From Octopus vulgaris (lineage: Eukaryota), in contig OX597823.1 in the NCBI GenBank assembly GCA_951406725.2, positions 53,444,001 to 53,508,000 of the forward strand: DNA of 64,000 nt. Direction: 5' to 3'. Made by a program: the position numbers and the translations under genes. The notes under the pieces were generated by a model, which was not told the origin of the DNA, did no database searches, and saw only the letters and a program-made list of their open reading frames with translations. Positions 1-13,741 of this stretch are shown piece after piece. Every line of letters begins with the position of its first letter. Within the stretch, counting starts at the first letter, position 1.

Positions 1-7
1 GTACATA

Positions 8-639
<632 letters not shown>

Positions 640-769
640 CGCAACATAAGAATAATAAAAACAAGGGCAGCATTATCTTTTTCAGCTTAATACTAACATG
701 CTATTATTTAGCATTTTATGTGTGCTTCGAGATCCATTTCTGAAAAGAATATGCATACATTCACACAGA

Positions 770-805
<36 letters not shown>

Positions 806-1550
806 TGTGTGTTACATATACACATATATGTTCACATAGATGCAACAGTGAAGTTAGCAACAACTCCACAACAAGCAATAGTAAAGCTAGCAACAATAGC
901 AAGAACAAACAAACGAGAGGCAAACGAGAGAGGCAGCACAAAAACTATGTATAATGATTGCTTCTTACATTGGCACAAGGTCAGAAATGCGTAGGTGCGG
1001 AGAGAAGTAGGAGGAGAAGCCATGATTGTGTGAATTTCGACTCAACACATATTTTATCGATCCTTCTCCCCAAAGTGATGAAAGGTAAAGTGGCAACTAT
1101 ATAAATAAACATCAAGAAACAAACAATAAGAGTAACAGTTAAGAAAAATAAGCGAAACAGAGACAAAGGCAAGACCAACAGTAACGGTAAAGATAACGTC
1201 AGAAAAATAACAAACACTTGAGTAAACAAGAACAGTAATTGCAACAAAAAAAAAAAAAAAAAAAAAAAACATAAGCCATAACAACGGTAATGTTAATAAG
1301 ACCAGCATCGGCAGCCGTAGTAGCAGCAGCAACAACAAAAACAACAACAGCAACAACAGCAACAACAACCAGGGGCTTTAACAAACAAATAGTAAAGCGA
1401 TGAGAACAGCAGAATTTCTGAATGATACAAATGCCAAAAATAGCAACAATAACAACAAATATTATTATTATCTAAATAAAAACATTAACGTCTACAAAAG
1501 CTATAACAACATTAAGCAAAATAACAGTAACAATGATAATGGTATTATTA

Positions 1551-1615
<65 letters not shown>

Positions 1616-1723
1616 GTCAACAATAGCAACAACAAAAAGCAACAGCCATTAATGCTAACAGTTTGCAACCACAACAAAAATGGAAGCCAAAAAATGGAAA
1701 GGAAAAAAAAAAAACAGCGATGA

Positions 1724-2286
<563 letters not shown>

Positions 2287-2290
<4 letters not shown>

Positions 2291-2685
2291 AGAAGATCCT
2301 GAAATGTCTAGCTCCCAACTCTGAAGTTGAAAGCTTTAGCAACCACCAAACTGGACGGCACTGCATAATACCAAAGATTCTGTCTTCTCCCTCTAGAATG
2401 GGGACCCAATACTGTAACAGCCTGAGTTTCAAAGACCCACAACTATTCATCATTCTGCCATACAGCCTCAGAGATTTGCGATGTGTAAATATGGACATCT
2501 TCAAAAAGCGGCAGGACAAATTTTTTATCTGAGATACGAGATGAACCCACAACGCGGCAGAAAGGTACGAAGAAGAGCTGTTCTGTCCAACTCGCTACTT
2601 CAGCAGAAACTGTACAGAAAAGAAACCCAATCACACTGGAAGGCGGTGCTCCAGCATGACCTCAAGCACTACCTAAAACTAGTAT
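2287..2685 (+). mobile_element. 5'-truncated CR1-like LINE 3' end (ORF2 C-terminus pseudogene plus 3' tail)
   Basis: Manual translation I*KILKCLAPNSEVESF...GRHCIIPKI...YCNSLSFKDPQLFIILPYSLRDL...IFKKRQDKF/LSEIRDEP.../RRAVLSNSLLQQ with one stop and two frameshifts. It matches the LF..LP..LR...FK..LD.FL...DEP pattern of CR1-group ORF2 ends. Confidence 0.8.
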
Positions 2686-2704
2686 AATATATAGAGAGAG
2701 AAAA

Positions 2705-2821
<117 letters not shown>

Positions 2822-2868
2822 TGGGGCTATACTTCCGTCGATGGCATATCACCTAGAAAACATCTAAC

Positions 2869-2999
2869 GGTGTATTATCTGAAGAAGTGGCATTTAAACA
2901 CCATATTACATAATGTTATATGATCTTGCATTTTGTTGCCAAATTATATTATGAATCGTGGTAATAAAATTTTGCTACAGAAACATATGTAGTTATACC
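2869..2999 (+). ncRNA. Type I hammerhead ribozyme-like motif with ~80-nt loop II
   Basis: CTGAAGA 2879-2885; helix II GTGGCA/TGCTAC (2887-2892/2973-2978); GAAA 2980-2983; palindromic helix III ACATATGT; GTA triplet; helix I GGTGTA/TATACC. Confidence 0.55.
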
Positions 3000-3029
3000 C
3001 AAAACACCCATTCGTTTCATCTTTATTGC

Positions 3030-3066
<37 letters not shown>

Positions 3067-3129
3067 TTACACATACATGCACACGAGTGTGCGCGTGTGT
3101 GTGCGTTGTGTGTGTGTGTGTATTGACAC

Positions 3130-3722
3130 TGTCCTTTTTCTAACATCATCGTTGACCCTGTTCCCGACACTTAACAAAAGTCGGGTTGTCGATGTCGTTA
3201 ATTCTGTTATTTCAACCAATCACTCAGATAACTTCTGTGATTTCTGGCAGTTGTTGAGCCATTGTGACTTAAATAATAACGTTTTCTTTCTCTAGGGTCT
3301 TTCTTCGCTTCTACTTCTGTATTCCCTGATGGATCCATTTTCTTTTTTTGTTTTCATTTTTAGTTTTATGCTTGTTTAGATTTTAGTGGATATTTTCAAC
3401 TTTTTATTTTGTTACTTGTTTCACTCACTGGAGTGCAGCCATTCTGGGGCACTGTCTTAAAGGGTTTAGCCAAGCGAATCGACCCCAGTACTTCTTTCTT
3501 TTAAAGTGTGGTACTTATTCTATCCGCCATTTTCGCCGATAGAATAAGTTATGGGGACGTGAACAAACAAACACCGGTTGTTAAGTGGAGGACTGGGACA
3601 AGCATAAACATAGAGACGCACACACAAGCACACACACATACACACGCACGCACAAACGTGTTGAGTGCCTTTCTTTCTTTTGTCTACTTATTCGTATATA
3701 ATACACACACACATATATAAAT

Positions 3723-3764
<42 letters not shown>

Positions 3765-4460
3765 GATGGGCTTCGATGGGCTTCCACATAACCTTAGTCT
3801 ACCTATAGTACTACCAAAAGCATTGGCTGGCCCAAGGTTATAATAGAAGACAGTTGCCCAAGGTTCCGCTTTGTGAGACTGAACCCGAAAGTATATGATT
3901 ACAAAGCGAGCTTCTTAACCACACGCCTACACCTACGCTTATGTTGAATTATAATTGTTTCTATGTTGTGAAAGTTTTAAACTTTGTGTTCTCATTGTTT
4001 CCTGTAGATCTGTTTATGCTGTTCTCTTCACTAGCTGCGAGTTGACTTAGAGATTTATTCTATTATTTTTTTCTATTTTTTTATTTTTCGTTTCTTCATC
4101 AGATCCAGAGTATCCTGAGATAATTTGATGTTGTTTTAATCATATGTTTCCCTGTAGTCTTCACCTGTTTCAGTAAGAGTTTTTTACTGTGTTGTTGTAA
4201 TTATTTAAAAACCTTCGATGTCGTCATTTCGTATTTGTTGTTTAGCGACTGCAGTGTTTTGGTCACCTTAGATATGATCGATATAGCTCTTAATGATCCT
4301 GATTGATTTGTTGTTTACCACTTTTGGAACTTGCCATGGATCATTTTGTGATTGCTCTTAACTTCTGTTTCCGCTTACGACAGCGGGCACTCAATCCCCA
4401 TTTTCGAGTATATCTCTAAACTTGGTAACATGCTTTCAGTACTTGTTTTTACCTTGCATT
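3130..4460 (-). mobile_element. Highly decayed LINE (RTE-like) ORF2 fragments, interrupted by a family A SINE
   Basis: Broken minus-strand residues resembling EVKRAI.K...K.PG (RT N-terminal region, ~4300-4400) and GRP...WLNN (C-terminal region, ~3250-3330). Many stops and frameshifts. Confidence 0.4.
3401..3938 (-). mobile_element. SINE family A
   Basis: Reverse complement of the family A head, CORE-like block, internal (CA)/(TA) tract and tail. Confidence 0.85.
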
Positions 4461-4475
4461 CTTAAATTTAAGTAC

Positions 4476-4511
<36 letters not shown>

Positions 4512-4567
4512 TATTCGCATAATATTTAATAGTCGGGAAAAAGTACCGTGGTAGCGATTAAGATATT

Positions 4568-4656
4568 TTATTTTGGTCGAATCAATCTCTATATGCCTGA
4601 AGATCCGCTGTACATATAGGTGAAACTCAAAGTAGCAAGAGACTGATTCAAAATAA
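4568..4656 (+). ncRNA. Type I hammerhead ribozyme motif
   Basis: Core CTGAAGA 4597-4603, GAAA 4622-4625, helix III ACT-caa-AGT, GTA triplet (cut after 4634). Helix I is TGC/GCA plus an ATA bulge plus GAATCAATCTCT/AGAGACTGATTC (11/12 pairs). The base of helix II is imperfect. Confidence 0.7.
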
Positions 4657-4661
4657 TAGAT

Positions 4662-4693
<32 letters not shown>

Positions 4694-4803
4694 AAACGAC
4701 TTACATTTTTTATAACTCTGACTCGTTTCTAAATGGATTCACCCACGAAACTTTAAGTCCTATGAGGCTGAGTTAAACATTGAATAATATATATATATTT
4801 AAC

Positions 4804-4862
<59 letters not shown>

Positions 4863-4880
4863 TTTATTAAAAAAAATATG

Positions 4881-5093
4881 GATTTCAAATTTTGGCACAA
4901 GGTCAGCAATTTCAGCGGAGGAGCTAAGTCGATTACATCGACTCCGAATATTCCACTGGCTCTTATTTCATCGACCCCGAAAGGATGAAAGGCAAAGTCG
5001 ACCTCGGCGGTATTTGAACTTAGAGCGTAAAGCCTGAAGAAATGCCGCTAAGCGTTTTCCTAAGCGCTGTACCGATTCTGCCAGTTCACTGCC
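4881..5093 (-). mobile_element. tRNA-derived SINE, family B (copy 1 of serial triplet)
   Basis: Minus strand: TGGCAGAATCG box A, GTTCAAAT box B, GCCGAGGTCGACTTTGCCTTTCATCCTTTCGGGGTCGAT body, TTGTGCCAAAATTTGAAA tail. Confidence 0.9.
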
Positions 5094-5107
5094 TTAATTT
5101 AATAATA

Positions 5108-5317
5108 CTTTCAAATTTTGGTACTAAGCCAGCAACTTCGAGGAGTGCATAAGTCGATTACATCGACCCCAGTGTTCAAACGTTACTTATTTTATCGACC
5201 ACAAAATGATGAAAGGTAAAGTCGACCCCGGTGGAATTTGAACTCGGGACGTAACGACGGACAAAATGCCGCTAAGCACTTTTACCGGTGTGCTGACGAT
5301 TCTGCCAGCTCACCGCC
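5108..5317 (-). mobile_element. SINE family B (copy 2 of triplet)
   Basis: Full-length; flanked by the duplicated motif TGCCTTAATTTAATA. Confidence 0.9.
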
Positions 5318-5333
5318 TTGCCTTAATTTAATA

Positions 5334-5547
5334 TTTGTTTCTACTATAAGCACACCGCCTGGATTTTGTGGGGAAGGGGACAGTCGATCACATCGACTTC
5401 AGTACTCAACTGGTATTTAATTTATCGCCCCAGAGAGGATGAAAGGCAAAGCTGACCTCGGCGGAATTTGAACTCGGAACGTAACGACTGACGAAATGCC
5501 ACTAAGCATTTTTCCCGGTGTGCTAACGATTCTGCCAGCTCGACGCC
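5334..5547 (-). mobile_element. SINE family B (copy 3 of triplet, different 3' tail)
   Basis: Full-length; tail GTGCTTATAGTAGAAA; TSD TTGCCTTAATTTAATA at 5318-5333 / 5548-5563. Confidence 0.9.
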
Positions 5548-6207
5548 TTGCCTTAATTTAATAATAGATATTAATAATATATTTTAAAACTGTATCCAAT
5601 ATTTTCTTCCTTTTTTAGACAGTATGTGTATGGGAAATCATGATATGACAATTATTTATTTAACTACTATTTCTCGAAAAGGTGAACAACCACATAGAGA
5701 CTCTCGCATTGGGCTTGAATAAGAATGATTTCTTTAGAACTACATTATAGAAGATCGATAATTTTAAGCCACGAATTGTTATAAGAAATACGAAAGCGAG
5801 AGAAAAGACAATGCGAAGCTTATAGTTTGATAAAGCAAACCTAACATGGCTACTGCAACATGTAATAATAATGTAAATAGCGGTTGTTATGAAATTAATG
5901 ACTATTCTGAACTATAATCATTTTCTATCTGTGAAAGGTGATTTTTGGTATATACTTGGCGAGAAAAACTAATCTAAATTTTAACAAAATAACATCTCTT
6001 TGCTTTGCAGTTCTTTCTTCTTATTTTTGTATTTCCGTAAAATAATCAATATGGCCTCCGGTTTACTTCCCACTAATATATGAAACAATTCACATTTCTG
6101 AATTAATATCTTGTATTGGCCAGTTTACATTCAGCCAAAACTGATTACTTCCGTTGTATTGGTCTTTGGTGTAAACCAAATGGCTTTGGTACAAAGACTT
6201 ACCAACC

Positions 6208-6356
<149 letters not shown>

Positions 6357-6967
6357 GTACACTCATATATATGTATATGTATTTACGCGAGTCTGTGAGT
6401 TTGTGTGTGTGTACGTGCATGTGTGCGTGCATGCGTGTGTGTATATGTGTGCGTGTGTGTATGCGCGTGCGTGTACGCTTATTAAATATAGTTTGCTAAC
6501 CTGCAAAGAATAACGAAGTTATGATACATGTTAGTATACTATCAGAAATTGCTATAAATGTGTATGAATTTATTTAATATCTCTATAAAAAAGGAGGGTC
6601 GGGAAGGTAATCTCTCTCTGTTCTATATTAATAAATCTTGATTGAAGCAATAAAAACCTCCATGTTTTGGAAATACTACATTTTTCGCTTTATTTCATAT
6701 GAACACCGTTAATACTATTTCATGCGTACATTAAATAAAAACATACTAATGGGTATATGTACGTGTATGTTAGCGTTTTCATACATATAGATAGATAGGT
6801 GATCACCTGGTTTACAAGTTCGTTTTGCCATTACTAGTTCTTATTTCGATTCTGCTGCACGACATTTATACAGAGAAGCATTGTTTACTTTCACCTGAGG
6901 CCGATCTAGGCAACATGGGTAAAAATTCCATAGCTGGAAACGTTATGGAAGTTCGTCAGATGAACTG

Positions 6968-7832
6968 AGCAGGTATGGCTGTGTAGTAAGAGCTGTCCTT
7001 CCCAACTAAATGCTTCCGGGTTCAGCCTCACTTCGCAGCACCTTGAGCAAGTGTCTTTTTACTATAGCCTTGGGCCGACCAAAGTCCTGTAGGTGCATTT
7101 GCTAGACAGAAACTGAAAGAAGGCGGCGTGCTGGCAGAAACGTTAGCACGCCGGGCGAAATGCTTCGCGGTATTTCGTGTGTCTTTACTTTCTGAGTTCA
7201 AATTCCGCCGAGGTCGACTTTGCCTTTCATCTTTTCGGGGTCGATAAATTAAGTACCAGTCACGTGCTGGGGTCGATGTAATCGACTTAATCCCTTTGTC
7301 TGTCCTTGTTTGTCCGCTCTATGTTTAGCCCCTTGTGGGTAATAAAGAAATAGGTATTTCATCTGTCTTTACTAGATGAGTTCAAATTCCGCCGAGGTCG
7401 ACTTTGCCTTTCATCCTTTCGGGGTCGATAAATTAAGTACCAGTCACGTGCTGGGGTCGATGTAATCGACTTAATCCCTTTGTCTGTCCTTGTTTGTCCC
7501 CTCTATGTTTAGCCCCATGTGGGCAATAAAGAAATAAGAAACTGAAAGAAGCCCGTCGTATATAATTTTATGTGTGCGTGTGTATGTATGTATGTATGTA
7601 TGTATGTATGTATGTATGTATGCATGCATGTATACATGTACGTATGTATACATGTATGTATGTATCTATGTGTGTGATTTGTGTTTGTGTTTGTTCTGCT
7701 TGACAATTTGTGTTGGTTTGATTACATCCCCGTAACACAGCAGTTCGACAAAAAAAGGCCTATAGAATATGTACCGTGCTTAAAAAATTAAGTACTGGGG
7801 TCTATATGTTCCCCTAAACCCTTCAAGACGCT
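6968..7832 (+). mobile_element. SINE family A interrupted by a nested family B insertion
   Basis: Head 6968-7121; resumes at 7537 with GAAACTGAAAGAAGCCCGTCG, microsatellite and 3' module. The terminal tail is missing. Confidence 0.88.
7122..7536 (+). mobile_element. Young SINE family B with 184-bp internal tandem duplication
   Basis: TSD AGAAACTGAAAGAA at 7108-7121 and 7537-7550; units 7169-7352 and 7353-7536 are nearly identical. Confidence 0.93.
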
Positions 7833-8269
7833 AGGTGAGCGCCTTCAAGGGCTTAGTCGAACAGAGTATAAAACACATACACACACACACAAACACACAC
7901 ACACACACATACATACACACACACACACATAGTATATTCTATGGAAGTAAATATGTGCAAGGTTACACTTTTATGGTGCAAGCCTGTGCAGTTTTTATGC
8001 ATATCATTTTTTTTCTGTAGACGTAATATATTAGAACGTGCGTGAAAATCTCGTTTCTCCTACTGAAGATCAAAGAGCAGCTCAAAAGAAAGTTAGTGTG
8101 TCATGCAGTACAACAATATATTGTGCCCCACCCGCCTCTTATTTGAGAGCGCCAGCTGCTGAGAAAGACATGAACTCAGATAATTATATATATATATATA
8201 TATATAATATACATACCCCACTGTGGTGATCTAGCATGACCGCAGCTGCACAGTTGAAACGACTAAAAG

Positions 8270-8367
<98 letters not shown>

Positions 8368-8429
8368 TATTTACATACATATACACAGACACTCACACAT
8401 ACACCAAAAGTGTACAGCAAGAGATATAA

Positions 8430-8940
8430 CCAACACGGTCAACCTCGTATTTTGCACCTTTGTTACCGCTGTCCATTTCTTGATGTTGTTCAACCGTCCA
8501 AATTTATGGTCATGTGATATCTCTGTCCCTATAGGTTTGTCCATGCATGACCGTATTGGCTAGTGATTGTTTCTGTTAGCAGTGTTGTTATCTTGTCCTA
8601 CGTCAGAGTCTAACGTGTTGGCCTATGGTCATGGGCATTCACATTTAAAATGTGACCCTCCGCCTTTTTTCCTATGATTTGGTTTTGGATTTTGTTATCC
8701 AGCGACTACTTTCTCTTTCTTTTTAGGACTCTAGATTATTATTTTGTGAGAAACAAAACAGCACTTTCTGCCAGTTCGATCCTCCATGTACTGGTATCTA
8801 CGTTGACTCATTAACTAGAAAAATGGTATTATGGTGTCGCGTTCTAAGAGTAAATCGTTTCATTTCCCACCTTTAATAACTGACAAAAGAGTTTAATGTT
8901 CCGTCGGTTTCTCAATAATATCTCTTAACTCCCTCGTCAG
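8430..8940 (-). mobile_element. Decayed RTE-like LINE ORF2 C-terminal fragment
   Basis: Minus-strand residues LANTVMHGQ...LNNIKKWTA resemble the IL.G...GRP...WLDNIKEWTG terminus of RTE-group ORF2. Frameshifted. Confidence 0.5.
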
Positions 8941-11900
8941 TTGGCTGTCTCCAAATGAAATGCTAAACATTTTTCAATAACTTTTCTCTTCAAATATCAT
9001 TTCTTTCTAACTTTTAGCATCTGGCATTCGTAATTCTCGGTCATAGAATGATGTGAAATTGCTGCTATTCTTTAAAATGCAATCTTTAGAAAGAGTCATA
9101 ATTGATAAAGTATATAAACATACACACCGCCTGTTGCCATTCTTCTTCTTCTTCTTTTTTTTTTTTTTTTTGTAGTGGAATCTTTCTATTTTAGAATAGC
9201 ATAAAATAAATTGCTTTATTTTGGGATTCTTCAAATGTACAGTGAAAAATACAAATAATGTATACAGGATAGATGTAAGCTATTACAGAGTTTAGATTTC
9301 TTTGAAGATGGAAAACAATATTTTCTCACGTTTATTATTCCTGTACTATACTTCTAGCAAAGTTTTTCGGCCGTTTTAAAATTTTATTATTATTTCCAAG
9401 ATCTTCATATTCGTTTGATATAATTCTTGGATTCTTCACTTTGTCTATGGCACTGTATTTCCTTAATTCAAGAAAGAAAATCGGTAATTCACTATAAAAT
9501 ATATAAAACACGAGTGTAGACAAATTTTGAAGTTTTTAATAAGGTAGCTTTGTTACCTGAATCATATACATCTCTTGTACATCATATTAACCTTTGATAT
9601 TTAGTTTCAACTATATTTTATAAATCTCCGTCGGTTTTGGTCTCTAAGTTCTTTATTTCATTTAACAACGTTATGCTTACAGGAATTTTCTTTCTAAGAA
9701 ATCAGTTATGGACTTAGTTTACCAGACAGTAAACTAAACTGACTGACTGAAACTTTGATCATATCTTATCAAATATGCATTAGTTTCTAAGCTAACATTT
9801 CCTTCAACTTAAATTGCTTCATAAAAATGCTTCATTTACACAGAACAACCCAATTTTGTCTCCCACCAAACAATAATTATTCAACAGTTAGAATTTTGTT
9901 TTTTAGATATTGTACACCATACCTCATATCTGAAGGTTGTTTGAAGATTCTTTTATAAACCCTGATAATAATTATTTTTTCTTTGACTCCTCCAAACAAA
10001 GCGAAATATTGATTTTATTGATAGCATTCTTAGAATCCATGTTCGTAAAATCATATCAGTAACTTTGATACTATAACGTAATATTTCCCTGCATCACTGT
10101 GGCTCCCACTTGACTCCCTCTAACACTCTCATGACGCTCTTCTGTCATATAGTTATCATGTCACCCATTTTAAAGTCAAGTGGTTTCACGTGTGATGTGG
10201 AGAAATTTTTGGAATGAATTATACCGTATAAGTTTGCATGTTTCTATCTAGTTCTGTATAGAAATATTTTTATTGCATATCATTTGTCATAGTTTATGAC
10301 CTGAAATAGTTTCGAGCAAACCTAACACGCTTCCCTTAGTCTCCTTACGGGCAACAGCCTCAAGACACATTCATTCTTGTTCCGATATTACAGGAAAAGC
10401 CGGAACAAAAACTATTGCTTCTACACAGTATATATTCCGGTCAGCGCATACATAAAATTGTCAAATCTGATTGAATCGCGGATACTATAACAAACAACCA
10501 GATTAACTTTACCCTTTCGGAAAAGGCTTGTAGGATATTAACGAACTAAATTTTGGTATATTGGTAGTAGCCTTACGAGATTACCGTTTCCTGAGCCCTA
10601 ATAATTCTGTCAGCACATTTTTTTTTGCGTTATTTTATATTGCATTCATAGTACTGCTTGACTCATGTCAGATAAAATCACTACCAACGATACATAAATG
10701 CATTACATTTGATATATCACCACTCTTTCATTCATATTTCGTGAGATAAAGCAATTTTATGTACACTTCTGGTAAAAATCATGAATTTTCCAAGAACTAC
10801 TGACATGAGATGATAGCGAAACAATATTTTAAATTATGATACCACTATGCATTCATGAAAGATTTTAAAAGTTTTTCTTAGATAAAAGCTACTTTAAAAA
10901 TGTATTTTATCTAATATCAGTAAAACATAATAAACAATTCTGGCATTGCATTGTTTGCCATTGTAAATGGGATTCTTGACAAGAGATATAAAATGTTAAA
11001 TGTTCAGTAAGTTAAAATTATTTATTATTAAAGCAAGACGTCTTATTTAATTCGATAATCGGTTAAAGTTTTACTTTTAAATATGTACGATGTCCATGGT
11101 AATGTATTTCCATTTCTTGGTAATGTATTTTGGTCTATTTAAACGAATGTTGCTTTGATAAATGATGCCATAAGGTAAGAACATAAATGTCTTCTGTAGC
11201 TACTGCGAGCTCAGAAGGTCGATGATTAGCTCCAGCTTCAGGACGTTTAGCGAATGAAAGATAAATATAAATATGGTAGAATACCAGTCTATATCAGGTT
11301 ACCTCTACAAGAAGATACGGTAACCATTTTCGACAGTTAGATATAGTGAAACACGTAGAATCAAATGAATTTCTCAGAGCTACAATAAAACGCCTGCAAT
11401 TGGCATAATTTCACACCCGATGTTAGCTGTCCGGTGATTGTATCGACCCATTCATTTCTCTTTTAAATATGACGTCATTGAGGCACCTTAATTAAAAATT
11501 CTAACAAATTAATTTCGCCGTTGCTTCTAAATTTTGTTCCGTTACTTTATCGACAACCTTGCGGTTTTAATTAAAGCAATCGATATTTTTTTTCATTGTG
11601 CTAATTTCTTTCCCTTTCCCTCTCTAAACTCCGAGCCATAAATTAATATTTTTCTTCCTTTTCCGAATAAAAAAAAAAAAACCTTACCTATGTAATAAAA
11701 GGGGAAATTACATTTCGTATTTGATGGCGATAAATTAATTTCATTTCTTTTAAAATCCAATATTATATTTAATTTTTGTTTGTATCCAAACAACTCAAAT
11801 TAATTCTATTTATTCGATGTTTACTTTGGGGTGTGGAATATAGAAAAAGTAAAATGTGGTTAAAAACAGAAAGAAAAAAATTATTATAAATAAAAGATGA

Positions 11901-12948
11901 CTGCAAGAAATGCAAAATAATGAGCATTGAAGAATTTGGTAGTTAAAAAAAAAGAGAGGGAGACCCTGAACTACTAGCCTGAGTATAATGCGATTATTTA
12001 TTATGTTATGAATTATATCTCTATTTTAGAATAAAGAACTGGCGGATAAACAGTTAATGTCCAAAGGAATCGGATTATCTTTCACAAATGGTGGCTTTTG
12101 ACTTTCTGTTTCCATGGAAATGGTTTGGTTGGTAAAGTTATGTCGGTGATAATAACTTGGGGATTACTGCAGTGCTACTTTAATACTTAAGGTATTATTG
12201 GAACTGACGGGCAGTGAGTAGTTGTGTGATGGGTGGGAAGTTGTAAAAATATAAGTGAATTTGTTACACAGCCCAACACTATAAACATGAGTGAGGTTAA
12301 CATTCCCTTACATAGTTCCATATTCTTATCGACAGTAACTCTTACTAAAAAGGAATATAGACGCAATTATCTATGCATTGGTGCATGCTAAAGATTACTT
12401 AATTGGTTATGTGTCTGTTTCGGTAACAGAGAGAAACAGACTGAACCCCTTTCACTGCCAGCATTTCGTTTTAGCTATTCTGTTCAATACTTGATATTTA
12501 GATAGTGATGGACTGCTGGCTGGACTGTTGGACTGCTGGATCGTCGAAGTGCTGGAGTGCTGGAGTGCTGTAAAATGCAGCCTTAATTCACTGATCAAAC
12601 AATAAGGATATTTTTCTGGCATCAGAGTTCTAAGTGGAATCTAGGTTGCATTGGTCTCTTGAGTATAATTTTAAATAAAGAATTCACACTTTAACCTAGC
12701 GCTACCGAACAGCCGTTCTATCGTGACGTCATACTTATATAAATATCATTACTCCCCTTATAAAGAAACCTACATGATAACATGTTTGTATAATACATGA
12801 TCATTGCATAAGCGATACGGTCTATAATATTGACGTTGTTCATTGATTTTATTCCAATAGTATATAGACGAATCACACCAAACTAAGGACAATTCCATGT
12901 TGATCTTACAGAACAGAAATCCCATGGTAGTCAAAAACAACGTCCTAC

Positions 12949-12979
<31 letters not shown>

Positions 12980-13004
12980 GCTGTTATTGTTGTTGTTGCT
13001 GCTG

Positions 13005-13076
13005 TTGTTTTAGGCTTCAGATCAGTCCTGAATGAGCAGACCTATGATCAAAGGTGTTTTATCCGTGACCATACTG
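13005..13076. repeat. Fragment of an old dispersed repeat (family D, unclassified)
   Basis: CAGATCAGTCCTGA..GAGCAGACCTATGATCAAAGG...GTGACCAT, with related copies near 20970, 26445, 31665 and 58370; adjoins (GTT)n. Confidence 0.5.
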
Positions 13077-13741
13077 CTGTATGCATATGTATGTGCGTGT
13101 GTGTGTGTGTTTAAGTGTGTATGTATTCATGTATGTATACAGATATTTCTATACACACACAGAAGCACACACACACACACATACACACACAAACAAACAT
13201 ACATATATACATAATACACACACACACACACACACACATACAGTAAATACAATCGCATGAACTATCTCCGTTTAGACATGTGTAAAAATACATTGGAATT
13301 TGAATGTATTAAATATCATTGTATATTCATGTGATGATATATATATATATATATATATATTATATTATATGTGTGTGTTTATGGTTGTATGCATGTATGT
13401 ATATGTGTTTGCGTTTCCGCGCACACAAAGATATATGTATGTATATGTATGTAGTATGTATCTATGATTATAACTATATTGTAAAGTTAATAATTTCGAG
13501 AATATATTTATAAATGACATTGTTTATGTTGCATTTATTTTGATTCCTACCTGTGTATAAGAAAATTATGAGCGACATGTTTTTAAAGATGCTCAAGAAT
13601 CGGGTTTCAACCGTCTCGCAAAATCACCTCCCTATTGTGCTTTCCTTTAAATAGAATTAATATTGGAATTAAAAGGACCAATTAATAATGGTCGATTACC
13701 TCGACCCCAGTGTTCAACTGGTACCTATTGAAATTAATATT

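Noticed and set aside
4881-5566. CRISPR-like repeat-spacer pattern
   Set aside because: The repeats are TSDs and the 'spacers' are ~210-bp homologous SINEs; eukaryotic context, no cas genes.
8060-8098. CTGAAGA...GAAAGTTAG possible hammerhead
   Set aside because: The helix II base and helix III cannot be formed convincingly.
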